A stretch of DNA of 64,000 nucleotides, taken from the NCBI GenBank assembly GCA_027604505.1, contig JADIIX010000002.1:124001-188000 (forward strand). The letters are read 5' to 3'. Source of the stretch: Gonapodya sp. JEL0774 (Eukaryota). The notes under the pieces are model-generated. The model was given only the letters and a program-made list of their open reading frames with translations, was not told the origin of the DNA and searched no databases. The position numbers were made by a program, and so were the translations under genes. Below are positions 13,101 through 26,439 of this stretch, piece by piece. How positions within the stretch are numbered: the first letter of the stretch is position 1; every line of letters starts with the position of its first letter.

Positions 13101-15921
13101 GGAATCCGTCGGATGGTGCATTTAATATGGTCCAAGGATGCCAACAACGAGGAAGGCGGGAAAACCATCCGAGACCACCTCCTTGACACGTATGGCGAGT
13201 TGTACTTCACGTCACAAGCGGCTACGGAGAAAGAGAGGATCGAAAACATCGTCGGCAACCTTATCCGGTTTGTTCACACCATTCTATCCCCTTTTTTGTT
13301 TCAATGGCTCAAATTAGTTTCTGCGTAGCCTCACGAAGGATGCCACTCTCGCCGACCTGACGTCTCTGGAACATCTTCTGGCAACAATAATGGCCAAAGG
13401 AATTATAAAACTCCATGAGGTTGTCCGACAGCTCTGGATTGCTCTCTGTGAGTTTCAGAATGAGTCAGCCGCAACAATCGAACTCTATATTGACGGAGCC
13501 TGCCCCAGCCCGACAGGACGCTAACCAAGAAACCCGTCGTGGGGCACTGGTCATTTTATCCATGTTCGCGAAAGCGAAGCCGGAGATTATTTCCGAGCAA
13601 ATGGATCTCCTTTTGAAAATCGGCTTGGGGCATTACGCGAAGGTATGTATAAAGTCGCTCGTCCCCTAGTCTGTGCATGAATTTAAAGTGTGTAAAATTG
13701 CATTAGGACGATCTCGGTCTTGCGAAGTACGCATGTATCGGATTGCAACAGCTCGTTGATGACAAGCACAGAGGTACGCTTTTTGTTTCTGTGTGGTGCA
13801 ACCACCAAGATACAATCCCACAACTCGTGGGTCCCGCTAGGTGATGTCAAGCGATACAGCATTAATCATCCAATGTTCAGTCGTATTGCGCGTTTACTCG
13901 CGGAGAATATTCGAAAGGACACATGGTGCAGTATGGTGTAATCTCGGTGGGGAACGAAAGCTCACGCCATTATCGATATCAGGTTTTCTTTTGCGGAACA
14001 AGCGATCAATACTATCTTCAAGCTTAGCGAGCACCCCGATAAAATCGCCGCGTCAATTATAAAGGATCTCGCGTCAAAGACGTTCGGAGCTTCGACGAAA
14101 GAATCGAATGGGGTTGTGGAGGCAACCAACATTGACGGAACCTTCAGTCCCTCGGAGGAACTTGATTTATCCGTCACCAAAGACTCGATGGCGAAATACA
14201 ACGATGTGAACTCTTGTGACTCTTTTGACCTCGCGAAGGTACTCTTCGTTGCCGGTCATGTTGCGATAAAGCAAATAGTCTACTTGGAGAGTATTGAGTC
14301 TGATTTGAAGAAGCGCAAAGCTCAGGGTAAGGCGATGGTCGCTCACTATCCGCTCCGTTCTCTTTTCACTTCGAAAATATCGTTGTCTCATTTTAGAACC
14401 ACCAAGGAGGAAGTCCCATGGTGCTGGTGATGAAATCGAACAGGTTGTCGGATCCACCGACGATGAGTTTACTGATGCCATCGCATTGCTGCGGGAGAGG
14501 GAGCTCCTCTACGGAGAGTCGTCGCTGCTGGCAAAATTCGGGCCACTCCTCCAACACATCTGCCAGTATAATAAGTCATTTGACGTGAGTATTTACTCTT
14601 TTACAGTAATACCTATTTCTTATGCCTGAAAGCACGGACAGAATCGTACTCTACAAATCCACGCCACCCTCGCCCTCTGCAAATTCATGTGTGTCAGCTC
14701 TGAGTTCTGCGAGAGCAATCTGCAGTTGTTATTTACGATCTTGGAGAAAAGCGATGATCCCACTATCCGCGGTAACATTATCATCGCTCTCGGTGATATG
14801 GCAGTGAGCTTCAACAATCTAATCGATGACAACATCAACTATCTTTACAACCGTTTGAGCGACACCGATGGCGCAGTCAAAAAGAACACATTAATGGTAC
14901 TTACTCACCTTATCATCAACGGGATGATCAAGGTGAAGGGACAAATAAGTGAAATGGCGAAGTGTCTGGAAGATTCAGACACCCGTATCGCGGACTTGGC
15001 TAGACTGTTCTTCACAGAACTGGCGGCCAAAGACAATGCTATTTACAACAACTTGCCTGATATCATCAGCAATCTGTCTCACCCCGCAAACGGAGTAGAT
15101 GAAGATAAGTTCAAGTCTATTCTCAAGTACCTTCTCGAATTTATTGACAAGGTAAGAACTGTGTTAAATTTCACGTGCGAGACGTACTTCATTAAATTGC
15201 GCAAAATCCCCCGTTCAGGAGCGACAAACTGAGAACCTTGTTGATAAGCTATGTCTCCGCTTCCGCTCGGCTGAAGGAGAACGCCAATGGCGGGATATTT
15301 CTTTTTGCTTGTCACTCCTGTCCTTCAAGTCCGAGAAGAGCGTGAAAAAATTAGTCGATCACGTTTCCACGTATAGCGATAAACTCCAGGAAGATACTGT
15401 GTTCAAGCATTTTCTGGAGATTGTTGGTAAGGTGAGCAAAGTACAAAGAGTATTTGCTGTCAGATAGTTCATGTGCTGCTGCACTTGACTCCTCAATCTT
15501 TTCTTTGCAGGCGAAAAAGTTCCAGAAAGCCACCGCGAAGCAATACATTGAGGACTATGAGTTGAAGCTCAACGAACTACGAGAAGCATGTCTAACGAAC
15601 CAGGAAACAATTCAAAATGCTTCCAGAGTTCCAGCAACTAAAACTGGGAAAGCTCGCGTACAGGCCACCGTCATTGCGGAAGCTACTGAGGGACAAGAAG
15701 CTGTCACTGAGATTGAAAATAAGGCTGTGAAAGCTGCAAAACGGTCAGTGAAAGGACGGAAGAAGGCGGGGGCAAAACGGTGGGATGAGGGAAGCGATGA
15801 TGACCCGCCCAAGCGCAAACGAACGAGGACTATTCTGGGAGAAACAACCTCTCCTAACCAGCCAGATGCTGATGATGATGAAGTAGTACTAGTTTCTAGA
15901 CCTACTCGACGGGTGCGATAA
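10167..15921 (+). CDS. YCS4: Condensin complex subunit 1 (Cnd1/YCS4/NCAPD2), HEAT repeats, many introns
   Basis: RLRDKSSIVRKNAI, LLASKSKPEVIESMD, GIRRMVHLIWSKD, KVLFVAGHVAIKQIVYLE. The Cnd1 domain reads MCVSSEFCESNLQLLFTILE...IRGNIIIALGDMAVSFNNLIDDN...VKKNTLMVLTHLIINGMIKVKGQISEMAKCLED. Confidence 0.95.
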
Positions 15922-15971
15922 TGACCAAAATACTTATTTCTATGTACATAGTGAAAGAGTTTAATTTCCAT

Positions 15972-18900
15972 TCAAGCCTCCGTCCGCCTCTCGCAGTGGA
16001 GCTAATAGGCCAGTACGAGAGATTAGGTCTGTGTAAATAAGTATTCCCGCCAGCTAATGTCAGCATGCAGAATTGATAAGTAACCCATCCATGACGAAAT
16101 TTAGCTCACTATCTAGAGATTGTTCGGCCCGCTGGAGGACAATGCTAGTACATGAACGAACAATCAATCGGGTGCGGAAACAGCTGTGATAGGAATACTG
16201 CCTCTGGACTAACCTATTCTCGAGGCTTGCAATTCGATGGTGAGCTTTACTCGTTTCCTCAGATTTTGCAGCCCGTTCCTTTGAGAGTTGCATCTCCAAC
16301 TCTGCTATTCGCGCTTTGGCATCGTCCAGAGTTTGCAAACCCAACTCGCTAGACGCAACACTAAAGTCCGATGATCCACCACCAATGCTCCCAAAAGACT
16401 GAGACCGTTTAGCTTCGAGTTCACTTCTCAAATTGCGATTCTCCTCTTCTAACTCTGAAAACCGAGTCCTTAAATTCTCAATGTCCGCAGATGAAACCTG
16501 AACAACTGTGCTTAATGTGGTGGAGCCCATAAGTGTCGAGGAACCCAGGGGTGTTTCCTTTATGGCACTCAAACCGTTTGGTCGAACATCGGTGCCCTTT
16601 CCCACTCCCGACATCTCAGGATCGCCTCGGTCTGTAATAGCCACCCCGTCAGCCATTTTACCATCCCCGGTAGCTGCGGAATCCCCGTGAGCTTCGTGAT
16701 TGTCCTTCTCCGGTGTTTCACTTAAATCAACTTCAGCCGCGAGCTTTTGCGCCAACTCAAATTTCCCACTTCGGAGTTCAAGAATAATCGACTCCAGTTG
16801 CTTTATGTAGTCATCCTTCATCCTGATTCGAGATCGCAATCGCGTTATGGTCTGGTCCCGTTCAGTCACCTGGAGGGCCATACGTTCAACCTTCCGTAAA
16901 AACTCCATTTCTGGTGAAACCTCGTGATGATGAGGAGCGGTTCCAGGAACTGGTGGCGGCTGACCAGATAAAGAAGGCTTCCGTGTTTGCTAAACACCAA
17001 TATCAGTATGCTCCAGGAACTTAGGGTGCCTGCGGAATGCTTACCAGTGGGTGATGAGCGGCACCGTCTATTACTGGCTTTGAACTCAAGCCGTTGCTTG
17101 TGAGAATTAGTTTAGTGAGGTGGTCGATCCGCTCTTTCAGAGCAGTACGAATCTAGACCGACGCACTAGTGCTGAGACAATGACAAAACCTCAAGAACAG
17201 AGCGATGCTTACCAACTGGTTTTCTGCCATCTCCTCTTCCCACTTCAGCTTCTCCTGCTTCAGTTGACTCAGTTCCTGTAGTTTCTCCTTGGGGACGACT
17301 GCGCCACCGTTCATTTCACCCAATTTTGAGCGCAGTTCTTGAATCTCCTGGCGATACTTCTGAAGCAGAGCCTTATCGTCCATTATCTCGTTCAGCTCCG
17401 CTTTTGTTCGAACGTTTTTGACACGCGCTGCGAATTTAAGCGTGTTGTGAGACTCTTCGAGGTTGTTTATGACTGGACTGACTGTGCAAATGACCGAAAA
17501 CTTTGCGTTTCCTGATAGCGATGATTGAAGAATTCTGGTCAATTTGGAGTCTCGATACGGAATATGGGCTGCCCCACTTTCAGCTCGATGTCAGTTGGGC
17601 GTGAGAATAGACAAATGCGCGTGAGGCTCACGTTTTCATGTCTGTCAGTTTGCTAATGACATTCCCAAGTGTCAGTAAACTCTTGTTGATGTACGCGCCT
17701 TCCTTCCGTCGCTCTAGGTCAGTTGTCGCCTTTTCACTACCAGCGAGATCAATTAGGTTCAGCTGAGAGAACCTAACGGCCACGGCTCCTGGTTTCCCCG
17801 TTGCAGTCGAGATTCGGCGGCCTGCCATCGGCTCCGGGGTAGCACCTCTTTCCCGGGACTCAATAATCTGTTAAAATGCCAATTGAGCTCGAAAGGGTCT
17901 GTAAGTCGAAAACGAAACGATAGGGATACTCACCATTTGGAAAATGGTGTGCGAACGACTGGAGTATTCGTTGAAATCAGTTGTTCCAACATGCCGGTTG
18001 GCTTCACCACGCTGAATGATTTTCATAACAGAGCGGGGGCTTGTCACTATTTCCTCCTTGAGCGGGCTGACATAAACACCCCTCTGTCATTGCAAGAAGC
18101 GAGTCGATATGAAAAATCAGATACGGTGAGAGAAACAAACGAGCATCTCTTCGCTCATTAATACTGACTCGCCGATCTTCTAGGATTTTCAAATCGTTGG
18201 TTTCGGGATTGAGAAGGTCCTTGATTTGTTCGTTATAAATCTCCATGTACGAAACACGTAGAAGAAACTCGGAATTCTCAGACGCCCGTCGAATATGATC
18301 GAAAACGTCGTCGACTGCTTGAGGAATGATGCCAGGTTGATCTTCAGTGCCCATCTGCAAGGTCATCGGTGACCCATGTGTCCCTACAACTGTCAAGGAA
18401 CAGGATCTCACCATTGTGTATGTCTTTCCAGACGCCGTCTGCCCATAAGCAAATACAGTAACGTGATACCCCTCCATAAGACCTGGAGATTTTGGAGGAC
18501 ATATAAACCGTTTTGGCGGAATACTCTCATAGACATTGCACTCACTGGGAACCAGTTGCTTGACACTCTTCTCATACATCCTATCATTATCGCTTCCCGT
18601 CAAGACGGCATCTAAGCATTAAATATAGATATTGAACAAAAGAGTGGATCGGGAAGGAGTTGCTCGAAAGGCGTCAGCCCACCGAACTGGAAATCCGCAG
18701 TCTTCTTGGTCCTGTCCGCGTACTCCTTTGAGAATCCAACAGATGCAACATCCTCATCGGCCTCCCATGCGATTTGAACCGCGTTTTCCGTGGCAGTTGG
18801 AGGCCTTGTGAAAACGGACAGCAGTCAATACCCATGGAGCCCCAAAACAGGAGTTGATAAACTACTTGCCAGACGGGTGTGTCTTAACAGGTTGACTTAC

Positions 18901-19088
18901 CTAATTCGCACAGATACGTGGCAATTATCGCCATCTTTTCCCCCAGTAGGTTTTCGTGGTGACGGGGGTGGAGATTCGGTAGAGTCAGGAACTGAAGGAG
19001 CTGTCGATGGCGAAGTGAGAAGCGGGGTTGGCGTCGGAACTTTAATGCGTGTTGTACTGGGACTCGTGGTAAGCGGGGGCCGGTTCAT
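15972..19088 (-). CDS. Kinesin-7 (CENP-E/Kip2/Tea2-like) motor with C-terminal coiled coils
   Basis: CHVSVRIR, P-loop [83 protein letters not shown]. The last exon is approximate. Confidence 0.9.
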
Positions 19089-19383
19089 GGTGTGATTCGC
19101 CGAAGTTCTGGCCAAGTGGGTGCAAGTGTTTCATGACGATGAAGGGTTCACAACAATTGTACACCCATAATAACCATGTAAGCTATACCGTGGTAAAATC
19201 CAAAGGAGAATTGCGAACCCCAAGGAGGAGAAATGTTTAATAGCTTTGGAGAAGTACGTTGTCATTTTGACGATCACCACAGCCCCGGTATAATTGAGTT
19301 GCTGGAGGAAACGCTCTTCTGCAAACTATTAAGTCCGAAATTTCTCGGTCAGCTCGGATTGTCTGATTTACAGAAAGCTATAC

Positions 19384-21619
19384 TCACGAGTCAAACTCCC
19401 CTGGCGAAAGTTGCAAAACGTTGGAAACGATAGTGGCTAATTGCTGCGAACAAAAGACATTTGAGTGAGCTCGACGTAAGTTGGTAGCATGGCATCGTGT
19501 TAGTCACCTCTCGCTCGGCTGGACTTTTCAGGAACTTCAGCACGACGTTCTTTAGATATTCAATGTTGACACTCTGGCGCTTTTCCAATCGATCAACCTT
19601 CCGTATCTCCTCTTTGAGAACCTTCTCCTGTTCCAGCAGAAGATGTACACGGGCCTCGCTTTCATTCAGCAGTTCAGCCATGTGCTTCAAACGTCTTTGG
19701 TAATCTCGCGCAGTTTCTGTTACAGCAGTGCTAGAACTGCCCGTTTCGGAGTGGAGAGAAAAGGATTGACGAGAAGAGAATAGGTCTTGTAGAGATACTG
19801 ATGGGAATGTCAAGACGACGTTACATATCGACATATACTGAAAAATTTACATTGGTTCGTGGCCTCCTTCGAACGTGGAGAGCTCGTTGGTTCTATCGAC
19901 CCTGGGGTTGCGGATACACTGGATACTGAACGAGGGGGTGCAGCCTCCGGTGGAACAGGAATTGAAAGCTGAGACATTGTTGAATGAGGTCGAGTTTCTT
20001 CGACAGTGTGTTTCGCCCGAGCGAGATCGTCGCGGGCTGTCTGCAACTGCTGCGATAACCTCTTGCATTGTTTTCCAAGAGTACGAGATGTCGAACATAA
20101 ATCGCAGGAGGAAGCACATGCATTAACCAACCTCCACTTCTGACTGCAACTGCTTACTCTCCAATTCTGTGGTTCGTGCTTTGTCTCCGAGTGTTGTTAC
20201 TTGTCCGTTAAGGTCCGCTTCCCTTTGCTCTAGTTCTGCTATCCGCAAAGACTGCGAGTGGGATGCCGATCGTAGCTTGGCCAGCTCTAACCGCATTTCC
20301 ACGACCTCATTAGCAACTGTTTCGGTCTTTCGCAAGAGTATTTCGAGACTTTCCATCCGCTGCACTGTCCGCTTCAAGTCCCCCTGACTGCTCTCGGCAC
20401 GAGCGATGGCAATGTCCAGTAGGGCCTGCTTCTCGCTAGCACGGACGACCAATTAGGTGATACAAAAAGCAAGCTGACTTGACTGCCACTCACACCAATG
20501 ACAATTCCAGTTCCGCACGCGCCCGCTCTAACTCAACGATCTTGCTCTGCAAATCTACTGTCGAATATTGCTGCAACGCTGCATGTGCCTTGATTTTGTA
20601 CCTTTGAAACTCAAGTCTTTCAACAGTTAGCTCTTCCTGCACTCGTTCTGCCGTCACTTTTAAATCTCGACAAAGCGCATCCGAATTCTGCTTTTCAAGG
20701 TTAAGCTGTGAGACTGCTTGTTTGAAAGCGGCGACTTCAGCTACTAAATCATTCTTTTCACGAGTAGTCCGCTCGAGCAGAGTCCGTAACTCGGTGGTGT
20801 GAGATAGCCCCATGGTGAGAGAGGCGATTTGAGATTGTGAATCGCGCAGTTGAGCTTGAGCTTGTGTTAGAGCCAAGTTCAATTCGTCGATCTGTTTACT
20901 CTGAGCAGTCACCTCTTCTTCCGCTTTCCTCCACTGCACTTCGACTTTTCTCAACCCTTCTTGGGTTCCGAACAGCCTCCTTTCTAATTGTTCGATTAGT
21001 TTTGTCCTTCCGTCCTCCCCATTGCCGTTTGTAGAGAAGCTAGATCTCCCAGAATCTTCCCCATTTTTCATCCATTTTTCCTCCGTCCTATGTGTCTCTT
21101 TGTTATTTGAAATTGAAGACTCATCGGGTCCTCTTCCTCCATTATCAGCGATAGAGCCCCTCTTTGTGCTGGGATCCAACTGGTCCAACGGCGTGACAGT
21201 AGAGAGCGGCGTATCCAGTGAATCGTCCCCGCTCCGAAATCGGGCAGGTGACCCGAGGTGAGAATCGGACTGCTTCAAAAAAGCAACCTCCTTGGTAAGT
21301 TGCTGAATTCGGGTACGAGCTTTTATCTTGAGGTCGGCCAGCTGCTTCTCCAATTTTTCATTATTATCCGTGAGCAACCTCACTCGTTCATCGTACTCTT
21401 TCACCTGGGTAGTGGACAAAGCGGACTTACATAGTTCGCAACAGTCTCAAACGGGATCCGCCTCACCTGGCTCTCAAAATTCGCTGCGTCCTCTCGATAT
21501 CGCCTGCTCAGCGTGTCCGGCTCCTCCCGTACATCATGCACTGGCGGTCCACTGGTAAGGGGATGCGGGAGCTCGGGTAATAGTCCTGAGGGATGAGCTG
21601 GTGGGAACTCCTCCGCCAT
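19384..21619 (-). CDS. GRIP-domain golgin (coiled-coil trans-Golgi tether; Imh1/GCC-like)
   Basis: Long coiled coils and EFQRYKIKAHAALQ. C-terminal GRIP motif NIEYLKNVVLKFL...ERE|QLATIVSNVLQLSPGE. The 3' end is uncertain (a short last exon is possible). Confidence 0.8.
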
Positions 21620-21817
21620 TGAGTATTTTCATCCGCGCCGGAAATCCCTCAGTGCAGAACGTGTGTATGAGCAGCAAAACGAGGGTTCACCGCGGTCGGG
21701 AGCGTAGAGTTGTCCGTCAGGATTAGGATTTTTCTGCATGCAACAGGTCCGTCCTCCTCCAGACGACCCACGGCGCTCGCTCTCCAGATATATTCTGAAT
21801 AAACGTGGATGCAAATA

Positions 21818-24800
21818 CTATGCTTTTTGTTGTAGTGACTCTAATATTTTCTCGGAGTCCGCAATTTCAATTACAAGAGAGAGAATGTCTCTCCCCACCC
21901 CTGAACAGCTACTTGGTTAGTCCCAATTGGAATCAGGTGAGCCATCATTCATTCACCTTCATATTCTGCCAGCTCCTCTGCGTCGTAGTCACGCGCAGCC
22001 AGTCTACCGAATAACTCCACCATGATCCACTTTGTTCCAAGAGTGGACGCACTCAGCTTGCTTCGAAGGAACAAGCTGTCACTCTCCGACGGGGTGGAAA
22101 TGAACTGGTAGAGAAGCATGATTGATTGGATTCTGCTGAGGCTGCTCGGGCAAACAACCCAAGTATGGTATCGTGTTCAATGCTGTCGAGCTGGGCGCAC
22201 AGAAACTCACCACACAGCTCGCTCACGTCCCACAAACTGGTGTACTTCTCCCAAATAGCGATGGAGCACTGCCGCTACGCTCCACATCGTCTTGGGGTCG
22301 GATAGGGTCACACTCTTCAGATTGAGCAAGGGAGCCCGCAACAGTCCATCAAGTAAGGGACTCACCTCACTGCTCTCTGCAAATATCCGGAATCCAGAAT
22401 CATATCTCCCTACGATCGTCGCCCACAACAAGACCCCCGTATCCATCATATGCGCGCAGTCTTGTGCGTTCGATCCTAGCCTGTTTCCTACAGGCCCCGT
22501 CAAGCATCTCGCAGCCATGCCCATGACATTTGAAACACGCTGAAGTATGGAAGTATTTGCTATGGCGGCTTGAGCAACGACCTCCGACCCGCGAACAGGG
22601 CGGGCAAGCTTGCCACGGCCGGTCCAGCCACATTGGAGTAGGTCCAACGCATCTTTGTCTGTTGGAAGTTTCAATGATTCCAGTGCAAAACGTACTCGAT
22701 CTTTCGATCTTTCCTCACCATGCACAATACATGCTGTCCATCCAGCACATTCAGCTATTGTTGCTAGTGGCTGCCTCGGGTCCACGAGGTACCACGCAGT
22801 TGGAAACGCAAAAAACGACACATAACACCCATTGCCTTTCTTCCCACCCTTCCAGCAGATGCGATTCAAAACTCCAAATACATCCCTCGCTAAGGGCGTG
22901 AGATCTTCTGGTGCACTGACGCCTTTCCACGGCCGAAACATGGCCGATGGTTGGAGTAGTTGTTGTTCAGAGTCGGTGAGACCTGCCGTGCCGGTGGTTG
23001 CATAGAGGTCCGAAGATCCTGTTGTGCTAGAACGGACAGCGAAGGCGATGGAGGTGAGCATATCATAAATGAGGTAGAGGAGGAGTTGCATGGATGAATT
23101 GAGAGAAGTCGGTCTGGCGGAAGCAGGAGCGCCCACTGTGGCCATCACTGAGTTCGAGACTCATTGATGATGGGGTAGACCGCTTTCTCTCACCACGGAC
23201 GAAATCCTTTGCCTCGACCCCTGCGCGACCGACATCATCGTTCTCCTGTGCCATGATCCGGAACATGCGTACACAAAAGTGGGCGATTGGAAGCTACGAA
23301 TTCACGGTCCATTCACTACAGCATGAACCCGACATATTGGGATACATAAACTCACCGCTCCAACCCGCCACGAAGCATCGAGCAGCCCCACCATCGGCTC
23401 CACGCAAGTGTCGACATCCGTTGTTTGTGTTACGATCAGATCTTTCATAGACGCCGCCACAGCATGAAGATGTGGGGCAAGAAGACTTCGATCAGACGAG
23501 TCGAGGGCAGAAAAGGGATCGACTAGAACGAGCGCTAATCTCCAGCGTGCATCATCAAAGTCAGGGACATACTCGGCCCACCTTCGTTTCTCTTGGCTTT
23601 ATTCACTTGGCGCTTGCCTGTTCCCATCGACCTTTCTCCCAACGGCGCAGATCCCAACCAATCCATGAATGGGTCATTGAACATTAATCGGACAGCCTGA
23701 CAGGGTGATTGAATGAAGGAACCAACCTTCGTTAGAACGAGCTTCCGAATATCACTCCCATCAGCACGAGCAAGTGCTCACCCGGCCCTTGGCCTCCTCC
23801 CGCGCCCTGTTAGCCCTCCCGACCCTTCTTCTTTCAACTTCGTGCGCAGTGAACCTCTCTACAAGTAAAGGGTCCGTCAACTCGCCGACGTCCCTCGTCT
23901 CCTTTTTCACCACATGCTCAGCAACCGGAAAAGCACCACCGTTGCTTGTAGTCAAGCCTGTTTGTCCTTCAGCTGCGACCTTCATTGTGGGCATCGCTGG
24001 GGGATTGTGCTTCGCAGCTTTTGACGGTCCTGACCGTTTTGTTCCAAAATCGTTGAAGATGTCCCATCCCTCTGGTAAAGCTGATGTCCACACAACAGTG
24101 AAGCAGATTATGCAATGGGCCGGAATGACGGCGCGAACGTTAAGGCCAGTAAAGAATCCAGCTCACCTTTCCTGGGCGTGGTCATCTTCCCCTTTCCCAC
24201 TCCACCAAAGGAACTCTTCGATTTACCCGGCGTCCCCAGCACCGACTTCACAGGCGATGCGGGCACACCGAACGAGTGTCGGGCACGCGGGGGGGTTTGT
24301 GGCGCCATCGACTGTGACGCACCGGACCTCTGTGAGAATCCCATGCCCGTCCCACCACCATTCGTCGCGCGTGCAAACTTTTGCTCGTCCGCGTCTTTGC
24401 TCTGGTGACACGGTGATGCTACGAGTCAGAAAACTGGTACTGTTTGGGTCACATCCCTTACCACTTCCCACCTTCACTTCAGCTTCTCTAAGCATTCTGT
24501 GGGCCTCCTTAGTTAATCGGTGGGCTTCCTGAAGCTTGATTTCTGCATCCGCCTGTGCCTTGCGTATTTGCTCTTGCATCAGAAGCTCTTTGTTTGGGTC
24601 GGGAGGGCTAGTCTCCAAATACCTCTGTAACAGTAAGGGGGAGCAAGTAGATCGAGGTGAGCTGTCGAGGGCGGAAGACCCAGGTGCGCGAGAAACAAAT
24701 CTCAAACTGAGAACACGTACCACTTTTCGGCGGAGATTTTCTACGTCGCCATTCAACCGATAAATTTCCTGCTCCTTTTCTTGAATGATGGATCGTGCCT

Positions 24801-26230
24801 GTGCGTTCGACGGGGATGGGGAATCGGAGACGGTGGGGGAGGGAAACATGGTAGGATTTATCGTGAGTAGACGAAAAACAATCCTCTGGGGCGACTTCTG
24901 GGTGGTGGAATGAGTCTAAGCAGATGCATAGACATACATGTTGTAAACTGTGACGAAGCTCTAATGTGTGGGCGATGAGGGGAGCGGGAGAAGGAAAGTA
25001 AGTCTGACATACGTTATCAGTAATAAACGCGGTTAAATCATCCCCCGTGGTGTTTGTTAGCAAGTGTTACCTCTTCTTGACCGAGGATGTGGGACAGTCC
25101 CGACTCACCGATTGTCTCCGCTTGCCTGTCCTCCTCTGCGATCTGCAATCCATTACCCAATTGCCCCTGCCACGCACTATGTACTGCATGAATAACTGTC
25201 AACGGTGGGGTGGGTGCTTGGATGGGGACAGGCATGACCGGGGACACAGAGCACGGAGGGGCACGGGATGGTAGGACTGTGCGGGACGACTGTGCGGGTC
25301 CAGAACGGACTGGTGGGGGTTGTGTGTATGCGCCTTGGGGAGGCACAGTCGGGGAACTTGATCGGCTAGTGACGTTGGCCAGCCCGTTGTTGCCGTTGGC
25401 GAAGTGGGTTCCCGGCTGCGGATGCACTCCATCAACCGCACTAGTACCAGTGGTCCACTGGCTCCCCACAACTCCTGCTGCTGTGCTCAAGATCCCTGTC
25501 ATAGGAACGGGGTCAGGCAGATTGGGTGGGTTTGGAGGTGGACCTCGAAGGAAAACGGACTCGGGTAGATCCTCAAATCGCGGTGAATCCGGATCCGATT
25601 GAAATTGAAACTCGGGAATGTGACTTTGATATTGCATATTGTCTAATTGTTCGTTTCGCGCAGGTACCGCGTGCTGTTCATTCCTTGGGAGTTCCAGATG
25701 AAGTTCCGGGTCTGTGGTGGTGTTAGGCAGGCGAGGTCCGAGTTGACTGGTCGGTGAAGGTCTGTCAAGCATAGCGAGGATGTCAGGGTTGTTAAAGAGT
25801 GCGTCGTCGTCGAACTCGTCTTCTGAGTCAATTTGGAAGCCAGCTTTCACGGTAGGTCCTGGTGCTAGATTTGAAGCCGCAGGAGCATTAATCGCGGTAA
25901 AACGCGAGTGGGGCCTCGATTGAGGAAGCGCATTGGATGCTTGAATGTCAAAAATGTTGATCACACAAGAGCACAAGCGGAGCAGGCATCCAGGGAAACG
26001 AGCAAAGGAACACAAGAAACGCGTGAAGCTGGGGTAAACTCTGAAAGTGTTAGCCTGCTGTTTTTACAATTCAACACATTACCAGCAGCTCCATTTGTGC
26101 CGTTCGGAAAGTACGATTGACCATGATGTGCGAATCCACCCCGATTTCGTCCATTAAAACCGGATCCGACACCAGCTCCGGCGAATCCAGGCCCGTCAGT
26201 TATTTTTAGGCTACCAGGAATGTACGACAT
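21818..26230 (-). CDS. Large multi-exon protein, putative ATR-interacting checkpoint protein (ATRIP/Rad26/UvsD-like)
   Basis: N-terminal acidic helix EDEFDDDALFNNPDILAMLD, a Pro-rich linker, the coiled coil QEKEQEIYRLNGDVENLRRK, an SP/TP-rich basic region and a helical C-terminal region. Exons can be joined through GT-AG introns to a TAG at 21818-21820. The family call rests on motif resemblance only. Confidence 0.4.
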
Positions 26231-26439
26231 TGAATTTTCGGGGCCTGCTTGTCTCAAATCAGATCCATAGCGAGTAAGTGAGCAACTCAACTAGTTGGAT
26301 GGCCTCACACAGTTCCTGTGGTGGGTCCTCAATGACATACGGGAGAGGGCTTGGGGAACACAATGAAATTTTTCGCACCAGTTTTTCAATCAATTAATCC
26401 AGCTAGCACGCATGCGAGGTGTGCGTATATGTTCTTGTT

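Noticed and set aside
23774..24532. 252-aa + strand ORF, and similar long antisense or alternate-frame ORFs such as 41515-42261 and 59570-60211
   Set aside because: They overlap better-supported spliced genes, show no recognisable motifs, and are expected in ~52% GC coding DNA.
10167..26230. Condensin, kinesin-7 and ATRIP-like genes close together as a chromosome-segregation cluster
   Set aside because: They are interrupted by a golgin, I saw no shared motif, and such adjacency is plausible by chance in a gene-dense genome.
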